Program-made: the position numbers and the translations under genes
Shown: piece by piece, positions 38,300 to 51,179 of the stretch
How the letters are laid out: every line of letters starts with the position of its first letter
Position numbering within the stretch: the stretch's first letter is position 1
From: Kudoa neothunni
Taxonomy: Eukaryota > Animalia > Cnidaria
Assembly (NCBI GenBank): GCA_964304625.1
Contig: OZ199838.1
Coordinates: 11,309,608-11,373,607 of the forward strand
Length of the DNA stretch: 64,000 bases
Reading direction: 5' to 3'
The notes under the pieces: model-generated
The model's input: only the letters and a program-made list of their open reading frames with translations
Told to the model about the DNA's origin: nothing
Database searches by the model: none

Positions 38300-40050
38300 A
38301 ACCCCTTTATTTTTTCTATCCACGGCGGTAAGTCTCTGTTAAGTAGATAAATGTAAAACGGGGTCATTTCACACATAAAGATAAAATACGATTATTAACG
38401 TATGAACTCTGTCCAAAGTGTTGTTAAGGTTAATCTTTTAATATAAAGTTTAAGTATAAAGAAGATGTCTTGGATATTATTTCAGCAACAGGTATTTTGA
38501 ATAATTGATAACATTTTAATCATCCAGTTTGTCTATCTCCCAACAACATTATATAAACATCAGTGTTTTATTTTAATTTATGGTAAGAGCAAATAAATAG
38601 AGTTTCTTGATAAGAGCCATAGGCGAATTAAAGCATAAACAGTCGGCCACGGTGTTTCAATAATGGCATTCATGCACTCAATAAAGACTTATTTTGAATC
38701 GTTATTACAACTTTTAATCTTTATTTATTGAGGTGTATGCTTAATTGTTAATTGAGACATTTGAAACAGAATCATTTCAAAATGTGAATGTGTCGGCACA
38801 TTGTTTTACATGAAATTTTTTGATTAAGGGGGTTTTCCATCAGAAAAATATGGAAGATAATTAAAGTATTATCAATATCAGAGTTTATTTCTCATTTCTA
38901 GTCTCTTGTTTGTGCTTGAGTTTTTACATTAGAATTGATCGATAGCTAAACTTTATAAAATATTGGTTAATTGGATCCAGGTTCATATAATTGTTTTATT
39001 TTGGGCCCGGATTGGTAAAATTTTGTGATTCACACACTCAATTTATTTTAATAATTTGTTGCTTATTACTAATAATAGACAAACCCCTTGCAATTATTGT
39101 GAATAGTAGAAATTTCATAATAGGATTTTTTACTGAATGTACCCTAAATCGTATTAAGCTTATTAATTATATATAACTAGTGAATAAGGATCTTTTTAAC
39201 TAGGTTGAAGTAATTGATTGTTACCTACAAAAGCTGTATACCGTCATGTCGCAGTCACCATTCAGCACAGATATACCCAGAAAAACTTTACTTGATAAAG
39301 TAATCAATATTTACACTATTGTTGATGTAACTACAAAATCATTTTTAATAGTTGATTTTTTATCTACTCGGGGGATATCCAAATGTTCATGCCGTAGTAG
39401 CCACCGCAGCTTTCTACTTATCTCACATATTATTGTAGAAATTTAAAATAAAAAACTGCTATAATATTCATATAGGTATGTCATATGTTTGGAGAGAGAG
39501 GTGAAAATGGATTATCAACCAGTGATAGTCAGGTAATATACAAATGATGAATGTAGTAGATCTACATTATTAATTCAACTTACTAGTGAGTTAGCGATGG
39601 ACCCGATCGCAACGAGCGTGTATCAAATGGGTTTGCTGATCACATTGATATCAGGTATTGGTTGATTTTAATGGTTTAAGTTTTTACATACAACTCTTTT
39701 TAATTATTTGTTAATAGGTTATGTTGTGATACACCAGCGGTTTCTCCAAGTGAACAGATTTATTCCAGGATCACAACTAAACAAAATAGCATATCTACTT
39801 GGAGTCTATAGTCAATTCCACATGCCATTAATATTTATGTATTCAGTAAGTAAAAATTATTTTAATAATACTTTCACCGCCACGCATGGAATTCAGTCAT
39901 CAATTATTAACTCCTCTCGGTTCCGTGTTCTTCCTTCGATATGTCAAAATATCACGGCGTATCGTCACTACTCCAGATTTAATCAACCAGACTAATCCTA
40001 ATACCTTTAAAGGGATAATATTCTTTGGTTTTCTATTTGTACTGATATAG
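38300..40050 (-). pseudogene. Heavily decayed Helitron RepHel (PIF1 helicase side) remnant
   Basis: Short, frameshifted minus-strand motifs in Helitron order: ILTYR..., ELIIDD, AILFSCDPG..LFTW, AAVATTA, FLGISVLNGD. Boundaries approximate. Confidence 0.35.
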
Positions 40051-40554
40051 AATTAACGATTACGAAATCCTACCTTGTAATTTTTTTAGAAATTATTATA
40101 ACTCTAACCAAATATAGACAATTACGCATAATATTTAATATAAAAATTTTTGCTGAGTGAAAAATGCTTTTTTTATGATTGAAATATGCTTACTATATAA
40201 AATATCTATTTTAGAAAATTATCGTGTTTATTAAAATAATTAACATAGGAGGTATGATTATATAATAGGACGCGAGATTAATACAAGAAAACCTATTTAT
40301 TATATGAATAATAGATATGAAAAAAATATTTAATGAGATGTTTGTAGTTTCATTTAACCAATAAATACAAAAAATTTTTACAAAGTTTGTGAAAGAGCAA
40401 CACGCATATAAGCGACATCGTGACTTTGTTTTTATGTTAACCATGATGGGTATTTAATTTCGCAATAATGGGGTGTCGTAAAATGTACAATCATTCTAAT
40501 TGCACAGTCTGCAAAATTAAGAAGTATCTTTCAGTAATTTTTAGTTTTTATTAA

Positions 40555-41300
40555 CCCTCTAACGGACCCCAAAATTTTTTTTGTCATATCTACTCAAAAA
40601 TTTATTGTAAATTAATTTCACAAATATCAAAAAATTCTATCGACAAAAATTTAAAAAATAAGCGATGCTTGAATAGGTTAATCCTCTATAATCTGATCAA
40701 ATCATAATTTTGAATCTCGCGCAATAAATAAAACAAATTGGACCCATATATTCCATAAGTTGCGAATGGGGCAAAACTTGCCTGATTCCCTCCTTTCGGG
40801 TCTAGTGTTTTGATCGTCGAACCGTAGGCACCTCAATATTTGCCGGAAACGCTTGAACGTGAAGAGCTTTCGATAAATTTCTTTACCCTCGCTTAAACTA
40901 AATAGATCTAACAAAGGCTCTTCCGATCCTTATGTACACCCATTAAAATTAATATACCAAAAAATCCTCGTAATTCAACATTATTCATGTCAGTCCAGGA
41001 TTCACGATAGTGTAATTTTCCGAAAATGTTGGTATACTTTATTATCATTTGACAAATAGCGTCCGTAAAAAAGAGTGAAACAATCCAACATATTCTTAAC
41101 TTGTTGTGTACAATAAGCAGTTGGACCTGGGCGAGAATCCAAGATATTCCGCTTTTACTAATTGTAGAATCTGCAGAAAACTCGGTTTCTGATAGTTCAT
41201 CCAAACAATCAGAATCTTCAAATGATGATTCATCAAAATCACTACTGAGGGGTTGAAGTTTATCGCTGAAATCATCAGAACTGCACATCGCTACTTTACC
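40555..41300 (-). mobile_element. Deleted piggyBac element (5' part of transposase)
   Basis: End TTAA-CCCTCTAACGGACCCC (same family as 31532). Frameshifted ORFs FFTDAICQMIIKYTN...ELRGFFGILILMG / FKRFRQILRCLRFDD...PIRNLW. Other end not resolved. Confidence 0.8.
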
Positions 41301-41669
41301 TACCAGATATTAGTAAAAAGGGAAAACACGTTTACGTGGATCATCTTAAAATGTTATAGACAACGAAATTCAAGAGTCCAAATATCTCTTATATATACAA
41401 AAATTGAGCATTTATACAGCATTTTTACAAATATTTAGAAGGAATTCAGAACTATCGATGCAAGAACAAACCACGAATTATATCAAAATCACTCGTATCG
41501 GATTTCTAAGGATTAATTCATCTAGTGATCTGTGATTTTCTTGATATTTCATCGATAGAATTTTTCAGTAATTCAACTTTCAAATTTTTAATAGTTATAC
41601 TAATTTTAAAGATACCTAATTATAATGAATGTATGACGATAAAATTAGATTCAGATTTTATTGAAATCT

Positions 41670-41718
41670 GAGTCACGGACTCCCTAGGGGTCCGAGAACC
41701 CCAGGTTAAGAACCTCTG
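41670..41718. repeat. Solo hAT/Charlie (MER5-like) terminus
   Basis: GGGGTCCGAGAACCCCAGGTTAAGAACCTCTG followed by TTCTACAG resembles the typical ...CCCCAGGTTAAGAACCCCTG Charlie end. Partner end not found. Confidence 0.5.
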
Positions 41719-44148
41719 TTCTACAGTATTTGAAACAGTTGGTTTTGCTATCCGTAGCACCTTTATCGAATCAATCTTTAAAGTCTACATTTAATTAATT
41801 TTGATTGAAGCACATTATACCACACTCTTTTTGAGTCCCGTTTGAATTTTCATTCATACTTAAAAATAAAATAAGTCAATAACTTCAAAATATGTCATTA
41901 AAAAGAATAGAAAAATTTAAATTCAGTGTTGTAATACCCGAATTCAATCACAAAATAATAAGAACAATTGATCAAATAATAATTATTTAAGAATCGGAAA
42001 ACAGCATGTTTCCGATGATCGTGATATCTTATTAAAATTTGAAATAATTTTAATTCTCTCCACTACTCCAACAATAAATATGATTATTTAAAACAATTCT
42101 ATAACTTATTATTTATAAACTGATCTCAAAGAATTCAATAATGTACAAGTTTGGTAAATAAATAAAAAACCCAAGATTTAGTTTGAAGTGAAAAAAACAG
42201 GAACCTAAGGTTGGTAGAAAAATCCCAAGATCTTGGGGGGGGGGGGAACTCAAAGTTTTGAAGCCCTGATGAAAAATCTCATTACGTAAGCGCATATGAA
42301 GTTTAGGATTAAATTTTACAATGCGAATAGCTCCTGTCTTATTTATTTATTGATAATGACCCAATAGCTATTACTTTTATTTGTCACCGTATATGTGTAG
42401 TATTATAAAAAATAATTTAAATCTTATGTTAAATTTTAGTCAGAAAATAGCTTAGTTTTTTTACTATTAAAGGATTTAAAAAAATTGTTTCATATCTAAT
42501 TGGTAAAAACTATTTACCTCATAATAATCCGTCCGCATAGCAATATAATGGTCCTCCCTGGATTAAACCATATAAAGATTAAAGTTTTCTCATCGATTTC
42601 ATATATGCGTTTTAATTATTCAGCGTAAGAGCACCAGACCATTAATCCTTCAAGCTAGCGTTAGGTCCATTGGAACCCAACACAAATGTCTTCAAAATCT
42701 ACAGCACACCTACAGGTTAAAATAGGTTAACAACTAATATTATCCTTCTAAAATATATTATATTTTTGTAATCTTTGTTCAAAAATCATGGAGAAATTTT
42801 TTAAAGGCTTTATTAAATTTTTGGAAATTTCAATTGGGTAAAAATAAAATAAATAATTACAAACAGTAAAAGTGATGCTCGCCCCATGCGCAACATCGAT
42901 ATAGGCATGCTATCCTTGTCTGAACGCAGCGGAAGCTTCTATGATTCTGATGACTCTTATATTGGTTAATAATTGACAGTTTATTCAAAATTCACACAAT
43001 GAATTTTTCTCATATTTTACCAGCCAGTGCTAATTTATATTTAAGACACTTTTATGAAATTAAAGCGCGGAATAAATTTCTACCCCATATTTATTTGGAG
43101 AGTGTAGATTTATCAACTGTTTTGAAGGTAAATAATGCATATCATTCTTTATGAATTATTCTTTAATAATTTATAGTTGTGTTATGCAATTTATACATTA
43201 AAACTTAATAAACAGTCAATTTTAATAATTAATTAACGACTAATTCGCATATCGTACATTGATTCACTTGGGAAATTATATAAAAAAATTTTATTTTTCG
43301 AATATTTTATTATGGTTAAGTAACATATTTATTCTTGCTAGTATAAAAATTAACTTTATTTCAATATACACGTGAAAAACTACAATTTAAATCAACGGGT
43401 ACGGTCGACAGATATCGCTTCTGCAATAGTCATAAATTTTTTCCTTATTCATTCAATAGAATTATTTTTCACTAAAAAATATGAACCGCTGCGATTTTAT
43501 AAACAAAAATGCACAATAAATTTTCTTATTCTAGTTGGATTATTGGCCATTGATCCATCAAATTGTGGCGTTCGAATTTTTTGTAATAATGACGGTGTAT
43601 ATCGCCCTGAACGCACAACTTACTCGGATGATAGTAAAACTTCACCCCAACTTAATAAAAAGAAGCCGAGCGTTTATTATGGCGAAACTTTCAATTGTTG
43701 TAATATCAACGATACTCGTGATATTGCAAATTTCAAGTAAGCCACTCTTACGCTGTAAAAAATTAACAAACAAAATCATTTAGTGTTATTATACAAAAAG
43801 AATAGCGACTACGCAAAGGATTACGAAAAACCCGAATGGAAGGTAGCCTTTACGTGTTTACGTTTTATAATCATATTATAATTATTCCACAGTGGCTAAA
43901 TATCACAGCTTCAGTTTTTGAATGGTTGCACATTTGTTCACTTATCTTGGGAGTATTGATGTTTTCTTATGAAATGAATTTAAAACAGCTTTCCCCACCC
44001 TCAACGTAATAACAACCCAGAAACTTTCACATCCGCTATATTGGACTACATAGAAATAGCTAAATAAAATGATTTAGAAACCAAAAAGCAATCTTAGCAG
44101 AGCAAGCATAAAAGGAGTCAACATTTATATTAGCTATATTGTTTTACA

Positions 44149-44956
44149 TTAAAAATATGAGAACATAACTCTATTTGTGTTTTCATTTGATTTTTTTTGC
44201 ATTTGGTATTCTTCGCTCGACGTGAACAACGATTTATAAATTGTGGATCCTATTTTGTTATTATCATTGGTTGTAGTGGTTGATAATCGAGATTGAGATC
44301 GAGTTTGTTGGTCCTTAGGAGGAACCGATTTGTCGGAGGTTTTTTTGCCAACTATTTTATCGGTAGTTGAGCCATGTAGATTGTCTTCCGAATTTATCAA
44401 TATAAAATCTTGCTTGTCATAAGATGCACCACAATTATGGCACACATCAGACTTCACTTCTTTCATCGCTTTTACAGATAGTACACATCCACATTTCCAA
44501 ACAAAGCCAAATCTATAATGCCCGTTCATTTCGGTACCGGTAACTGGACATATGTAGGGAGCAACTGATTGAGTGTCGACCACTCCTTTGACTCCCTAAA
44601 AAAAATCTTATAATTTTCACCTTTAAGAATCTACTAACATCATCCGCACTGAATGTTGATGTGGTTTTCTCATAGACAGGATTCTTAGTTAAATTAAGTG
44701 TTTTAATATCCTTAGATTTTTTAATATGGGATATTAATTTGTTTGGGGTGATTCCTAGAATGTGTTCGATGACAGGTTCCTTATTGTAAAGGCGGCCTTT
44801 TCTACATGACACAATAGGTTGGCTTAGTCTTTGTTGGGTTAGAGCACAGTTGAACCATCTAGCTTTTCTCGCCATATTACGATCCTTGGATTCTTTTTTT
44901 GGTTGTTCTCGTACCATTTCACATCTTTTAGGTATGGATCCACCATCGCAACCCAT
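44149..44956 (-). CDS. RTF2: Replication termination factor 2 (Rtf2 RING-like), 2 exons
   Basis: MGCDGGSIPKRCEMV, CALTQQRL..PIVSCRKGRLYNKE, ICPVTGTEMNGHYRF...CGCVLS...CHNC, YKSLFTSS. One ~43-nt GT-AG intron (~44596-44638) joins the two track ORFs in frame (FSADD|GVKGVVD). Confidence 0.95.
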
Positions 44957-45079
44957 TTTGATTTAATCTCGTTGCGCTTGCGCATACAATAAACGTAAAT
45001 ATAAATAGGGTTAGTTCCGAGGGTGTTCTGATCTACATCGAATCAATTTCGGAAACATCTACTATACACAGTACAAACT

Positions 45080-45800
45080 ACTTATTGCACACTTTTTTAG
45101 GAAATGGAAAAAGGGTATGTATGCAATAACCTAATCCACGCATGCGCAAATATACAAAAAATTTAATAATTGGATAGTATTTATTATGATCATTACACGG
45201 CATCTCGACATCAACCTGCAATCGACGCACGTAATAGCGTATAATGTCTCTCACCTTGCATAACCCTTTGAACCCCCAATTTAATTCAGTGCCCGAACAA
45301 AGTTGTTTGTTCATTATGTTTAATTATGGGTAATTCTTTATATAAAATATCCACACAGTACTAAATGGCAACATTAAAACACCGTTTATTTCAATATACG
45401 AGATTGCTCATATGCACGTTTTTACGTTACTTTGTTTGTAGCCAAAAAGTTACTCTCCCACCATAAAAGATGAAATATTAAATTATTTGTTACAATTTAG
45501 ATAGTCCAGAGGGCAGTTTCTGTTTTATTGAGACACAAATGGACATTTCACTTAATGCAAATATGTTCAAATAATCTATCATCGAAGAATCGGTTGGAAT
45601 AGGTGAAATATTCAAATGTAGTATCTTCAACTTGTTCAAAAATATCAGTTGTTTCAACGTTCTTGTTTATTTAATTGTTTGCGTTCAATGTCTAATTTAA
45701 ACGATAGCCATCTTCCTCCCCATCACTAAAACCGTATTCGGAGAAAATGTCATTATATTGACTATAAGAAATAGAGTCCGATTCCAGCCAACGTCTGATT
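45080..45800 (-). pseudogene. Decayed piggyBac transposase fragments
   Basis: Acidic stretch, then FEYF...FFDDRLFEHI, later KQL...NWGFKGLC...YYVRRLQV and FFVYLRMRGL, in piggyBac order, with stops and deletions. Confidence 0.5.
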
Positions 45801-48800
45801 CGTCCGCAGCTGGTAAAAATACGATTTTTTAAAAGTCGGCTCTGTTTATTCCTTTCCCCAAGATAATCAGAATCCTTTCTAATGAACATGACCACATTTA
45901 AATCGAGGGCCGAACGTTCCGTGTGACGACGCTCGCTATACCCGGTAGCCCAATGTTGCTAAATGCCAACATGCATTAATCTGTCCCTATAGTATACATA
46001 TCAAAATATATTTTCTTCTTAGATTCATTTTTAGAATAAACTTATCTAAGAGTATATGTGTATATCTTTCAATTTTACTGGAACCTCAAAATTCTTAGTT
46101 AAATTGCAGGTTACTTGTAGCCGTTTTGATACATGTCGTAGAGTTTGATATTCATCTGTATTGCTCTTGGTATTAATTAAACAAACAAATTTTTATAATT
46201 CGTTTTTATCGTATCATATCAGATCAGATCAAATAAACATTAACTATATTATTATAATTAAGATAGGTTTAAAAAGTGTAATTAAATTGTTAAAACACCC
46301 ACAAAATTACTATGTTGCCACCTGGAAACATCGGGGTTAAATGGGATTAAACATTTAAATTATTTTGATGATAATTTATCAAAAAATATTATTCCTTGAT
46401 TTAAGAATACAAAAGCAGTCATTATATAATTTCCTCATGTTAGATTATGTGGTCGCGAAACCGTATATGTAATTCAACTTGCTAAACACTAATATAGAAC
46501 ATTAATAACTAAAACAAACATTTGTATCATCCCTTAGGTAAATTATTCAATTTACACCCCCTATAAAGGGCAGACTCAAACGAATAATTTAATAATTGGG
46601 TTTCAAACTGGTAAATCTTAAAATGGCCAAAAATCACTGAAATTATCCTAAAAACATCAAATACGCTGATTTAGAGTAAAATTGATATCTAATAATGGCA
46701 TACGCATCACTTGCAATTTGATGTTGAATTGCTGTATTTGTAGCGTGGTGATAGGTGATATTATGTGCGAATATAATGGTGGACTAGGAATGTGTAATTT
46801 GCATCATTACATCATTTCGCGCTGTAATGACGTAAGAGGAGAAAAATGATATCGTTAAAATTAACCTCGAAAATAACATGGATCAATATCTAGAAGAGAT
46901 CTAATTATCAATTACAGCCAAATAACGGAATAAATACCAGTTAATTTCCGTGAAGTGGCTAACGTTACCGCTCAAGGTTGGTAAATGTTTAAAATCATTT
47001 GTACCAGCGACAACGATGACACTGTGGAGCACAACCAAATTGTCCCCCTTTCAAACAGCAACTTAAATCACTTTCTAGAAAACGTAAATCTAAGGGAAAA
47101 TATTTTCAAGAGCTTGACGACTCATTTATCAAACCTGATGAAAACGTTTTCGACTACCACCAAAGATTATTATAATTTTTTAAATTATTCCAACAGAACG
47201 CTACAACGGGAGAGGCTGAGTTTTTCATGAGGCCGAAATTGTATGACATGCTGTCAAAATAGTTCTAATTTTATTTGACACTATATTCCACTTAGAGTTA
47301 TCAATCAATTCCGATTCGGGACAAATTGGCTATATTTGGACAATTTTTCGATCTTTTTTTAATTGTTGCAAAATCGCAAAAAATATGTTCGAAGGTAAGA
47401 AACTGTCATAGACTGGAAAAAATAGAAATATAGCCGTAATTGATTTTGGCACGAGAAGTCTTAAAATAAATATTTTTATAATTTTCGGGTTACTCTCTAA
47501 AAAATAACGTATCTGCAATAAGATTTCATTTAAAGTCAAGTTACAATATGTTTATTAATGATTCATTCGTATAACCCACAAAATACAGAAATTCAGGATA
47601 TAGTGATATGTCCAGAATTCATAAAAATAATTAATTTTAAAATTTTTTTTTTCTTGCTGAGACTAACATTTTGGATTTTTTCACCATTAATTGCAATTCA
47701 TAGTCATATGCTCGCAGCTCATTTGAAATTATCGTGAGGCGCTTTAAAGTATAGGAATATTGAATACTAAAATTATGGGGGAAAATATTTATATTGGTGA
47801 TATTTAAGTGCTTAGTTATCCTTAAGGGCGTTTGTTAATTAATTAATAAAATTTATAAATTCAGTTTTTATCTATATAAAATAACTAATTGAATAATTTT
47901 TCCGAATGTTAATTGATGAATTTAATGAGAAAAAATTAGATACTTTGGGTTGAAATATAATAGTTTAGTCGGATATGTGTCAGATGGAACTGTTGTTTGA
48001 ATTTGGCCAATTGTGAAGTTTGAAGTACATTTTTGAATCATCGTTGACTTTTCAAACGGAATAAAAATCTTGCAGGCTACACAGATCCAACTCCACTTTA
48101 GGATCAAGATTTAGGAAGATGATAATCTCAAAATGATGGTTTAGTGATTTAAAATCTACATGACGTTAGAAAAATATGGTGAGGGCTTGGCGTGCCTCTT
48201 ACACTCAATGAGTAGAACTGATCAACCATAACTCTATAGACTAATAAGCTACGCCAAAGATTTTACCTTGTGAATAGAAAAATTTTCCCCATTATCAACG
48301 AAGGTGGATGATAACCTGTCGAACACAACTGTAGAAAAAGGTCAAGTTCTATTTTTTGATTATCATATTTTCTAAACAAGAATATTGGAATAAGAAAAAC
48401 AAACTTAAGATTTTTATAATATTTTCAGGAAACATTGAAACAGTGCGTTCTCCTATAAAATTTTGTTGGAAATACCCTTTTATTTTGTAACATATTCACA
48501 TAAAATTATCCTTATTAATTCCTAAAGATCTCCGCTTTGATAAGAAGTTTCTAATTTACGATGTTCGCTGTCCCTTTTTTTGTATCTTCCTCATCGAACG
48601 ACGATAAAATATGAGAAAAAAATTAACTTGATTCTTTAAATGTACACAAACCAATTTTAATTCACGTTTTAAAGATTTATTATAAATTTAAAAAATAGAA
48701 AATTTTATACATTTTTCAAATGAATGCGTAAAGTTGTAAGTAGGGATCGCAGTTTTCAACCTTTATTTTGGATAATTTAAAAATGCGCATATGCCGATGG

Positions 48801-48918
48801 ATATGCTTACCCCTTGAAATCAATCAAATTTTGAACAGATCACCAAAGGATAACACTTTTATAGTTTATCATCAGAGTATAATATTGAAACCATTCTTAA
48901 GCGCTCAAATGATATACG

Positions 48919-48970
48919 TGTTCTATCGACGATAAATATGTCTTTATGTTCTATCGACGATAAATATGTC
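48919..48970. repeat. Tandem duplication, 28-bp period (2 copies)
   Basis: TGTTCTATCGACGATAAATATGTC occurs twice in direct succession. Confidence 0.9.
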
Positions 48971-49449
48971 CTTTATTTTGGGAAAACTACGTTCGACCAA
49001 TGTAGACGACATCGGAATTGCAGTTGTCTTGGCAGATTTTCGATAACATAGGATATGAGTTAACATTTAGTTTCCATAAACTAACCAAATAGGATGCTTT
49101 ACCTTATTCGGAAAATGGGGATGTTAAATATTCACACTAAAGATTTCCCTTGGGATCATTTTCGATATATGGTGAAATATCCAATACTTTGAAATCATTT
49201 ACATTGCTTATTTCGGAAAAATTGAAATTTCTTACAGTTTTTTAAAAAAGTTAGGAGATGAAGTATAATCTTCAATTAGTTTTGTAATTGTATCGTGAAT
49301 AGACTGATGAAGAATTCAAGGAATTGAGCTATTTTTTCTATACGTTTCTCTCTTTTGCCAAAACGCGGAGGTGACAGAATAATGATATTATTTAATACAT
49401 TAATTTCGGGTAAATCGTGGTTTGAGATCATCCAATCGTAAGGACGTGA

Positions 49450-50575
49450 AATACCAAAGGAACCATTAGATTCGATTTCATGGGAGAAATCATACAATGG
49501 AGAGAGACTTTATAAAAAGTTTGAAATAAATGGAAGTTACGTTCAACAAAGCAGCTGATAGATCAAACAAAGCATAGAATGCAGAAACAGAAGTATGTTT
49601 CGATTCTAAAAATTAATTGTATAATTGCTAGAAAATATTCGTCGCAAGTTAACGCGCTGTTATACAAACTACACCATCTTATATTGAGTACGCATGGAAT
49701 TGTTTTGATATATTCTATTTCATTTTTGTTAGGAAAATACAGGAATTGAGTTTTAGCAGTTTTATTCTTAACAATAAAAGCCGAAAACTTTATATAGAGT
49801 CGATTTATATTGGGAAAAACTGTATCAATTGACTTGACTATTGCACAATGAATTTGATTGGGCAGCAAGGTAATCGAATTATATGATTATGTAGTAGGGA
49901 TATGGTCTTAAAATATTTTTTCATATACGAAATAGAATCAGATATGATAGCTATATAATTTTTCCAGCCAATTTTCGTATTTTTGTAGGGATTTTGACAC
50001 TTGATTGGAAATTATTATGGCATTACACTCAATTATGATTTTTATTCAAGCACGATGATTCTACTTGTTGTGTTTTCGGCGTAAAAAAAACTTTACAGAA
50101 TGTTAAACATGAGCCAGTTTTTAAAATCAGGCGGTTCGTCCTTGATAAAGGAAAAACGTTGATCCTTTAAAATCGTCTTCATTGTGGTGACATTTCCTTT
50201 CGAACAAAATAGGAAAGTATTTGTCCACTTACGAACGACTGTCTGCTAAGGATCGAGATAACAAGCAATACTTCGATGGAAATTGAAGTAATGTACTTTT
50301 TTCTGTCAATTAACGTCAATGGAAGTCCACCATAGACGGCGACAGATACTAAGTCTTTTTCAAAATCATTATGTTGAAAATTTCTGGAAAATATGTTTCG
50401 AAGACTAAGACCATTATGAACCGAATATTTAATCGAGACAAGCTCTCTTGAATTTGCGTGCTCTTGACAGCAATTTTTCTGAAGCAGTAATTTTACTTTG
50501 CAGTATTTGCATACCAAATTGTCTTCCATTATCTCCAAGCCTTCCATTCAATAGTGTAAATTGCGATATCTCTGC
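49450..50575 (-). pseudogene. Decayed CGGBP1-related hAT-like transposase
   Basis: LVCKYCKV...QEHANS Zn finger, DFEKDLVSVAVYGGLPL, IKDEPPD (DETTD-like), FPNINRL, PCVLNIRWCSLYNSA (PVLTRWGTW-like), in the expected order with frameshifts. Confidence 0.6.
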
Positions 50576-51179
50576 TCTTTCTACCCATCAGAATCGATAA
50601 CAAACAAATAATTATGGGCGCAATCACGCGAAAAAAATAAATGTCGAAATTTTATTAAGAATTGGACGATTCGAATTGACTGAAACGATTTTAACCCTCC
50701 AACGGATTTGGGATGTATTACACACCCCAAACCACATTTAATGTTGGCAATAAAATTTTGCAACCTTCTCATAAAAAACAAAATTTTACGCTATTCTCCT
50801 ATATTTATTAAACGTACCACATATCAAAAACTTGGCTAAACTATAAGTTCAGGTCATACCCAAAAAATTCAATCCTCTAACGTGCTTGAGGTAAAAACAC
50901 CCTGGTTTTTTTGCTTGCTTTAACTTAAAAAATTATAAATAATTAAATGAGAAACTTCTGTAGAATTCCATTGGGAAATTTCCAATAAAAATCTGCATTA
51001 ATATCCCACCTAATCCAATGAGGCATTCTTCGTCGATCGCTCGAAAATCTCCGGCGGTGTAATATTGGGGTTTAATAACTAACAAAAAGTTATTTTGGAA
51101 TTATAACGTTGAAAAATATTTCCTCGGAGATTTTATTTTAATTGTGCGCCAATTTGGGCAATGTAGAAAAATGGAATTA

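Noticed and set aside
43372-44050. ORFs of 122 and 82 aa; possible Tc1 remnant
   Set aside because: Only faint KPLL and ..W.V.F similarity; no DDE motif or TIRs.
48050-48420. MULE transposase remnant (DDNLSNTTVEKG, similar to PRTNNxxEGW)
   Set aside because: A single weak motif with no supported TIR or TSD.
48919-48970. CRISPR-like repeat
   Set aside because: Only two adjacent copies with no spacer, in a eukaryotic context with no cas genes.
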